Assembly: GCF_009914755.1 (NCBI RefSeq)
Contig: NC_060938.1
Reading direction: 5' to 3' (one strand)
Length of the DNA stretch: 64,000 nt
Source of the DNA: the human T2T-CHM13v2.0 reference genome, Homo sapiens
Below are positions 52,001 through 64,000 of the stretch, piece by piece (the first letter of the stretch is position 1; every line of letters begins with the position of its first letter). The notes below the pieces were generated by a model, which saw nothing but the letters and a program-made list of their open reading frames with translations, made no database searches and was not told the origin of the DNA. The position numbers and the translations under genes are program-made.

Positions 52001-55000
52001 GCTTTTCTCAAAGATATGGCTACAGGGATATTTTGACATGTCACTGCACTGATCACACAGCTGATGGAACTCTTGTCTTGGCTCTGGCTACAGGGGTCTT
52101 GTGACACATCTCTGCACTGATCACCCAGGTGATGTACTCCTTGTCCAGACTCTGTCAAGAAGGGGCATTGTGACATATATATGCACCGATCACCCAGGTG
52201 ATGGGACTCTTCTCTAGGCTCTGCCTACAGGGACATTGTGACATATCTCTGCAGTGATCACGCAGGTGATGTAACTCTTCTCTATATCTGCCTACTGGCG
52301 GCATTGTGGCATATTTCTGCGCTGATCACCCAGGTGATGGACTCTTGTCTTGGATCTGCCTATGGGGGCATAGTGACATATCTCTGCAGTGATCACTCAT
52401 GTTATGTCACGCTTGTCTAAGCTGCGCCTGAAGGGGAATTGGGACAGATATCTCCACTGATCACCCAGGTGATGTAACAATTTTCTCGGATTTGTCTACA
52501 GGGGTCTTTGTGACATATCTTTGCACTGATCACCCAGGAGATGTAACAACTCTTGTCTAGGCTCTGCCTACTGGGTCTTTGTGACATATTTCTGCACTGA
52601 TCACCCAGGTGATGTAACTCTTGTTTAGTCTCTGCCTACAGGGGCTTTGTGACATATCTCTGCACTGATCACCCAGTTGATGTAACTCTTGTCTATGCTC
52701 CACCTACTAGGGGTATTGTGACGTATCTCTGCACTGATCACCCAGGTGATGTAACATATATCTAGGCTCTGCCTACAGGGGCGTTTTGACATAGCTCTGC
52801 ACAGATTACCTAGGTTATGTAACTCTTGTCCACTCTCTGCCTATAGGGTGCATTGTGAAATATCTCTGCACTGATCACCCAGGTGATGGGACTCTTCTCT
52901 GTACTCTGCCTAGAGGGGGATGTGTGACATATCTCTCCACTGATCACCAAGTTGATGGAAGTATTTTCTACGCTCTGTCTATGGGGGCATTGTGTCAAAT
53001 GTCTGCCCTGATCACCCAGGTGATATACCTCTTTTCTAGTCTCTGTCTACTGGGATTTTTTTGACATATCACTGCACTGATCACGTAGGTCATATAAGCC
53101 TTGCATGGGCTTTGCCTACAGAAGACTTTGTGAAATATCTCTGCACTGATCTTTGAGGTGATGCAACTCCTGTCTAGGCACTGGCTACAGGGGACATTCG
53201 TACATATCTCTGCACTGATCACCCAGGTGATGGACTCTTGTCTTAGATCTGCCTACATGGACATTGTCACACATCTCAGGACTGATCACCCAGGTGATGG
53301 ACTCTTGTCTTAGATCTGCCTACATGGACATTGTGACACATCTCTGAACTGATCAACCAAGTGATGAAACTCATGTCTAGGTTCTGCCTACAGGGGCTTT
53401 GTCACACATCCCTGCACTGATCACCCTGGAGAGGGAACCCTTGTCTACGCTCTGCCTACAGGAGGCTTTATGACTTATACCTGCACTGATAACCTAGGTG
53501 ATGTAACACTTCTCTAGGCTCTGTCTACACGGGAATTCTCACATATCTCTGCACTGATCACCCAGGTGACGGACTCTTGTCTTGGATCTACCTATGAGGG
53601 CATTGTGACATATGTCTGCACTGATCACCCAGGTGATGTAACTGTTGTATAAGCTCTGCCTACAGGAGTCGTGTGACATATCTCCGCACTGATCACACCA
53701 GTGATATAACTCTTCTCTAGGATCTGCCTACAGGGTGCTTTGTGACATATCCCTGCAACTATCACCCAGGTGATATACCACTTGTCAAGGCTCTGCCTAC
53801 AGGGGCATTGTGATGTATCTCTGGACTGATCACCTAGGTCATGTAACAGTTGTCTAGGCTCTGCCTACAGTGGCATTGTGACATATCACTGCACTGATCA
53901 CCTAGTTGATGTAACTATTTTCTAGCATCTGCCTATAGAGTGCTTTGTGACATATCCCTGCAATGATCACTCAGGTGATGTACCATTTGTCAAGGCTGTG
54001 CCTACAGGGACATTGCCATGTTTCTCTGCACTGATCACCTAGGTCATGTAACTCTTGTCTAGGCTCTGCCTACAGTGTCTTTGTGACATATCTCTGCACT
54101 GATCATCCAAGTGATGTAACACTTGTCTAGGATCTGCATTAAGGGACTTTGTGACATAACTCTGCACTGATCAACCAGGTGATGGGGCTTTTGTCTAGGC
54201 TCTGCCTAAGGGGGCATTGTGACATATTTCTGCACTGATCACTCAGGTGACGGACTCATGTCTTTTATCTGCCTTTGGGAGCATTTTGACATATCTCTGC
54301 ACTGATCACCCAGGTGATGTAACTGTTGTATAAGCTCTGCCTACAAGGGAATTGTGAGAGATCTCGCCACTGATCACCCAAGTGATGTAACTATTGTCTA
54401 GGCTTTGCCTACAGGGGCTTTGTGACATACCTTTGGACTGATCACCCAGGTGATGTAACTCATCTAAGTTCTGCCTAAAGGAGCTTTGTGACATATCTCT
54501 GCACTGATCACTTAGGTGATGTAACACTTTTATAAGCACTGCCTACAGGGAATTTTGACAAATCTCTGCACGGATCACCTAGGTGATGTAACTGTTGTCT
54601 ACCCTCTGCCCAAAGGGGTCATTGTGAAATATCTCCGCACTGATCACCCTGGTGATTCAACTCTTGTCTAGGATCTGCCTACAGGGGGTATTGTGAAATA
54701 TCTCTGCGCTGATCAACTAGGTGATGTAACTCTTGTCTAGGCTCTGCCTAAAGGGGCGTTTTCACATATCCCTGAACTGATGGCAAAGGTGATGTAACTC
54801 TTGCCAAGCCTTTGCCTACAGGGGACATTGTGACATATCTCTGCACTGATCACCCAGGTGATGCAACTCTTCTCTATGCTCTGCCTACAGGGGACATTGT
54901 GACATATCTCTGCACTGATCACCCAGGTGATGCAACTCTTCTCTATGCTCTGCCTACAGGGGGTATTGTGACATATCTTTGCCCTGATCACCCAGGTGAT

Positions 55001-57011
55001 GTAACTCTTTTCCAGTCTCTGCCTACAGAGGGCGTTGTGACATCACTCTGCACGGATCACCCGGGTTATGTAACTCTTCTCTAGGCTCTGCCTATGGGGG
55101 CATTGTGACTTATCTCTGCACTGATCACCCAGGAGTTGTGACACTTGTCTAAGCTCTGCCTAGAGGAACATTGGGATATATATCTGCACTGATCACTGAG
55201 GTGTTGTAAAACTTGTCTAGGCTTTGCCTACAGTGGGATTTATGACATATCTCTGCACTGATCACCCAGGTGATGTAACTGTTGTCTAGGCTCTGCTTAC
55301 AGAGGGTATTGTGAGATATCTCTGCACTGATCACCCAGGTGATGTAACTCTTTTCTAGGCTCTGCCGACATGGGCATTTTAACATATCACTGCAATGATC
55401 ACCAAGATGGTGTAACTCTTGTATAGGCTTCGCCGACACTTTCATTGAGGTATATCTCTGCACTGATCACCGAGGTGATGCAAATCTTTTCTGGGATGTG
55501 CTTACAGGGGGCATTGTGACACATCTCTGCTGTGATCACCCTGGTGATGTAACTCTTGTCTGGGCTCTGCCTACTGGAGACATTGTGACATATTTCCGCA
55601 CTGATCACCAAGGTAATGTCACTTTTGTCAAAGATATGGCTACAGCGACATTATGACCTGTCACTGCACTGATCGCTCAGCTGATGTAACCCTTGTCTAG
55701 GCTCTGGCTACAAGGGTCTTGTGACACGTCTCTGCACTGATCACCCAGGTGATGTAACATTTGTCTAGGCTCTGCCAAAACGGGGCATTGTGACATAACT
55801 CTGCACTGATCACCCATGTGATGGACTCTTGTCTTGGATCTGCCTATGGGGGCATAGTGGCATATCTCTGCAGTGATCACTTATGTGATGTAACTCTTGT
55901 CTAAGCTGTGTCTAAAGGGGAATTGTGACAGATATCTGCACTGATTACCCAGGTGATGTAACAATTTTCTGGGATTTGTCTACAGGGGTTTGTGACATAT
56001 CTTTGCAATGATCACCAGGAGATGTAACACTTGTCTAGGCTTGGCCTACAGGGGCTTTGTGACATATTTCTGCACTGATCACCCAGGTGACTTAACTCTT
56101 GTTTAGGCTCTCCCTACAGGGGCTTTGTGACATATCTCTGCACTGATCACCCAGGTGATGTAACTCTTGTCTAGGCTCCACCTACAGGGGGTATTGTGGC
56201 GTATCTCTGCACTGATCAACCAGGTGATGTAACATTTATCTAGGCTCTGCCTACAGGGCCGTTTTGACATAGCTCTGCACAGATCACCTAGGTTATGTCA
56301 CTCTTGTCCACTCTCTGCCTACAGGGGACATTGTGAAATATCTCTAAACTGATCACCCAGGTGATGTAACTCCTGTCTAGGTTCAGCCTACAGGAGCGTT
56401 TTGATATATCTCTGCACTGATCACCTAGGTGATGTAACCCTTTTCTAAGCTCTGCCTACAGGGGCATTTTGATAGATCTCTCCACTGCTCTCCCAGGTGA
56501 TGTAACAATTGTCTGGGCTTTGCCTACAGGGTGCTTTGTGATATACATTTCCACTGATCAAACAGGTGATGTAAGCCTTGTCAAGGTTCTGCTTACAGGG
56601 GCTTTGTGACATATCTCTGCACTGATTACCCCAGGGAGGAAACACTTGTCTATACTCTGCCTACAGGAGGCTTTACGACTTATCCTTGCACTTATCACTA
56701 GGTGATGTAACACTTGTCTAGGCTCTGTCTACACGGGAATTTTCACATATCTCTACAGTGATCACCTAAGTGATGTATCCCCTGTCTAGGTTCAGCCTAC
56801 TGGGGATTTCTGACATACCTATGTACTGATCACCGAGGTGATGTAAATCATTTCCAGGCTTTTTGTGCAGGGGACATTGTGATATATCTCTGCAATGATC
56901 ACCCAAATAATGCAAATCTTCTCTAGGCTCCGCAGGGAGGGTGCATTGTGACATATTTCTGAACTGATCATCCAGGAGATGTAACTATTCTCCAGGCTGT
57001 GACTAAAGAGC
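46034..57011 (-). repeat. Beta satellite array 7 (~11 kb)
   Basis: Continuous ~68-bp monomers, - orientation. Confidence 0.97.
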
Positions 57012-60293
<3,282 letters not shown>

Positions 60294-60438
60294 TGGGAGC
60301 ATGGACGCCATGTGGTGAGGACCAGGCCATCTCACCTGGAGTGTTCTGGCCCTGAGACATCCAGACAAGCTTCACATTTAGGTGCAGACAGCTGGCCTTG
60401 GGTGGCTCTGTGCTTGTCACTGGCCTCGTGTCCCTCAA

Positions 60439-62722
60439 ACAGTGGGAAATGGAAGAACGGCTTGGAAATGGGCCCCATCGACTGTGTGTCACCTGAGCAC
60501 ATTTTCCTAGGGGTCCAGGAGGGGCCATCGTGTCTACAGAACCAGAACTGGAAGGTCCAACTTCCAGGGGGAGCAAGGAAGAGTGTCCTTAGTGAAGTGG
60601 AGGGCTTCACAGCAAGATGCCTGGCTTAATAAAGCTTGGACATACCTGAAGCATGTTCAGTGACTAAAAGTGCCTACCATGAGCAGCTGGAACCCACTCC
60701 CTGAGAGCCTCAAGATGCATGGGTACCTCATGTACCTGTTTGTAATTACAGCCAAGGACCAGCAGGCAGCATTACTGCATCCACATGGGGCTTTTACTGG
60801 AACCAGTAAGTCTCTGCCAGCCCCTCACAGGCTCCTGAGATGCCACTCATTCTGGATCTATGGACAGACAACCAGGACACTTGCTCAGTGCCCACCCACT
60901 CCTTGTGGCTCACAGCCCATCACTCAACCCCAGCCCCACCATCCCCTGCTTCCTAAGCCATTCCTCATGCCAGAAGAAAAGGCAATGCCTTTGTCCCACA
61001 GCCTCTGCCTTGTATCATGTCATATGGGGGTATGGAATGAACTGGCCAGCCTAAACTCCAGTGCTTCTGGCTGAAGAATCTGTCCCCACTGCCTGAGTGC
61101 CCCTCTAGGGAACTGTGAGTTGGGGAGAGAGCAGCCCTGGAAGAGGCCCACCTGGTTCTGTTTGACTTCAGGGCATCCTCTCAGGACAAGAACCCAGAGC
61201 AGATGGAGGCCTCACAGAAGCCTGTGACAGGGCTCTGGGCTTGGTGGCTGAACATCTCCCTCTCTGCTGCCAGCCTTGGGGCCCAGAACCACCTATTCAA
61301 GAGGGTCACCACCACATTGCAGTTGTGCAGCTGGACGGCTCCCCAGGCAGAGCCTGCCATGGACTCCATGCACACAGAAGATGCACACCTTGAGGCTGGA
61401 CTATGAGGAGAACATTCCTGAAGAGGTGCATGAAGCCTGGTCCTGCCCTCACTGGGAACCCCCTTCCCTCTGGGTACCAGACAGAATTCTATGCACTTTC
61501 CTGGAGGCTCCATGCTGGTCTGTTCATTTGGAAGTTTGAGGCTGTCCATGAGGAAGTAACAAAAGAGATATCTCAGAGCAGGTTGTGGGGTACAGGCTGA
61601 GCCCTTGCCTATTCCCTCCCTAGTCCCTTTGCAGATCCAGGGCTGGAACAAGGACCTGTGGATAATGAGGGAACTGCTCTGCAATAACCGGCCTGAGCAG
61701 CTGCTTCAAGAAACAGCCAAAATCAAGGCACCTAATCCCTGGTGAGTGACTGGGAGCCTCAGGCCCACCTGCCATCTGTGAGCAGGTTTTCTTGCTAACA
61801 GGGTGAAAGCAAAGAAAGCTGGTATAAGCCCAGCTGTCTCAGGCACCTTGAAGTCTGTTGGGGTTCCTTGCAAAGCCTTCTAGCCTTCTGCTTCTTGGCA
61901 GCCCAACCAAGCACCTTTTTCCAGCCTCTAAGACTTTGATGCTCTGGAAGGAGAGAGCCCTACTTTTCACTAGGCTATGGGGCCAGGCCCATCCAGCTCC
62001 CTACTTCCACTAACAACCACAGGGCTCTCACCTGGGCACACACTGCCCAACCATAGCCCTTCTAAGGCAGAAGATCATTTGTCTTGCAGTTTCAGCTTGC
62101 TAGGGCTTAAAAGTTATCAATGCTGTTATTAAGATAGAGAAGTGAGATCATCAGCACAGGTGACAGCACAGGCCAGGCTGCTGGGGAGGCTGAGGGAGAG
62201 TGTCCAGCCTATTCTGCCAGCTGGGCCTTGCCAGGGGTGTCTCGTGACCCAGTCCCTTAGAGAAACATGCAGAAATCTCAGCAAGGAGCTGGAAGGTGCA
62301 GATCAGGGCAGCCCAGCACCACTGATGGTGGAGTGGGGCTACCTCCCATCAAGCTGTGTCTCCACAGCTGACCCATGGAGCCAGGAGGTGATTTACAACA
62401 TCTGCAAGGCAGTCAGCTCCATCAGCTGTATGCCCTTCAACATTCACTTCAACTCAAATATCCCACCAGAAAGCAGTGGGGACTGGCCAATGCAGCAGCC
62501 CTGTAAAGTGGAACAGAGCATCCTGGGGTGGGGAATCTGGGGCCTGCCTGCTCATCTGAGCACTGGTCCTTGGGGGTGTGCTCTGCAGGCTCCCTGAAGG
62601 AGGGCTGTGAGCTCATCAGGGAGACCCTGAGCCTGTGTAACATGCCTAAGGCCATGTCCATGGGGATTTGTGCCTACTTGCACCTCCTTGCTCATCTCAC
62701 TACGCTATTGGTGACTGCTGAG
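60439..62722 (+). pseudogene. CLUHP: Unprocessed partial CLUH (clustered mitochondria homolog) pseudogene
   Basis: Seven exon remnants in CLUH order (compared with recalled CLUH): ~60439-60554 SGKWKNGLEMGPIDC; ~60652-60805 [21 protein letters not shown]; ~60908-60981 PCFLSHS..QKK; ~61279-61425 SWTAPQAEPAMD..YEENIP; 61635-61727 WNKDL..REL..PEQLL; ~62368-62469 DPWSQEVIYNICKAVSSIS; 62589-62722 GSLKEGCELI. Several keep AG/GT ends; stops and frameshifts present. Confidence 0.85.
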
Positions 62723-64000
62723 GTGGGCTTCGAGCATCCCCTGGGCTGTGTCAGCACAGGGCTCTGGGCCTGGTCTGGCATTAAGGGATGGCAAATAAGG
62801 GGCCTGGGTTTGCATTGTCACCTCCTGTAGTTCCAGAAAATGAGGAAGTCCAGACCTGCAGTAATGGAACCCTATCAAAGGGGTTAGGAGGAAGCTCACT
62901 TTCCCTCAGGGCCCCATGTGGAGGAGCTGAAGGAGGTTAAGGAGACCCTGGGGACTCATTTGTTCTGTCTGGGCTTCCCCCAGCTCCACCCTTTGATAAC
63001 CATTTTCTGGGAAGAGCTCAGGAAGCTCTTGTGCTATAGTGAGGTGGGGCCTTCCCTCACAGGGTATTGGTGAGGAGGCATTCTGAGACTCTGTGAGTGA
63101 GAAGATAACACAGTGCCTGGGAATACTCATGGGAGCTGTCATCCTCTGTGACTATCATGTGACCTTGTAGTGTTCAGACTGCCTAGCCTTGGGCTTGCTA
63201 AGGCTGTTTTGGGGTCAGCTGCTTTAGATTCCCACTTTCTCTGTATTCAAACAGTGACTGTTTTAGTGTTTGTTTATGGGTTTAAAAAATCCTAATATTT
63301 CATTTATAGTAGTTTCAGCTTGTATGTGTATTTGTATACATTTTATTAGAAGAAAGAGGGCTTAAGGCAACAGCATTTTAAGAAGGTCTTAATGGGGCAT
63401 AGACTTTTATGTCACAACAGCTAATACTGACATCTTTTTCTACCTTTGCATAAAGTATACATAGAAAGTGTAGCCAGAGGTGGTGAGGCTAAGTGTCTAG
63501 AGCTGAGCTGCTTGGGCTTGCTTGCTGGCCTGCAGTCAGGTGGACTCTGGCTGTGAGGCAGTGCCCACCCTGGATCTACATCCCCCACCCCCTCTCCTTA
63601 GTCCCTGAGTAACCAACACAAGGCAGTGCTAATGAGCAGGGGAGTGATGGGCATCAGGAACCCCAATACTATCTGGGAAGATTTGAATGCCATCTGGGCT
63701 AGGGCTGTTGGGGGTAGGGGCTGTGGATGCCTTGGCTTGTCAGGGTGCCACCCACAGATGTGCCTGCCCTGTGCTGCTTCTCCAGCAGCCAGCTGCCTAT
63801 GGCCCTGAGCCTGTCACACCATGCTTGCTACATCATGCTACTTGTGTTTGAAAAACCATCCTGAGATGGTGCTGCTGGATGTGAGTGCTTAAAAGGGGGC
63901 AGCACCTTTGTCCTGGGGGATTAGGAGCTGACCAGATTCCTCCTGACTCCCTCCCAAAACAAGTGGGGCTGGTGCTGCAATCAATGATGCCCCCCAGAAG

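Noticed and set aside
62723-64000. Possible further exons or old interspersed repeats, including the AT-rich patch at 63240-63470
   Set aside because: Nothing recognisable by eye; needs RepeatMasker and alignment to CLUH genomic sequence

Overview
Hominoid (most likely human) heterochromatic DNA, not microbial. About 60 kb consists of 68-bp beta (Sau3A) satellite arrays interleaved with seven degenerate D4Z4-like units, each with a DUX4-like double-homeobox pseudogene, plus one short D4Z4 fragment. Satellite and units run on the + strand up to about 11,925. After an inversion junction with a short fold-back insertion, everything to about 60,290 is on the - strand. The last ~3.7 kb is non-repetitive and holds a decayed, intron-containing CLUH pseudogene joined head-to-head to the last D4Z4-like unit. 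The layout resembles the dispersed D4Z4/beta-satellite clusters of acrocentric short arms and pericentromeric regions, but the chromosome cannot be fixed from sequence alone. There is no intact protein-coding gene. Main points: (1) shared junctions show that a satellite+DUX cassette was amplified as one unit; (2) one DUX4-like copy is disabled by a single CGA>TGA change; (3) one copy has an in-frame deletion of both homeodomains; (4) the pLAM/exon-3-like tails look like ATG-deleted copies of the DUX 5' end; (5) the position of the FSHD poly(A) signal reads as plain satellite. Comparisons to DUX4, D4Z4, pLAM and CLUH are from recalled sequence and need alignment. Boundaries are accurate to a few bases.
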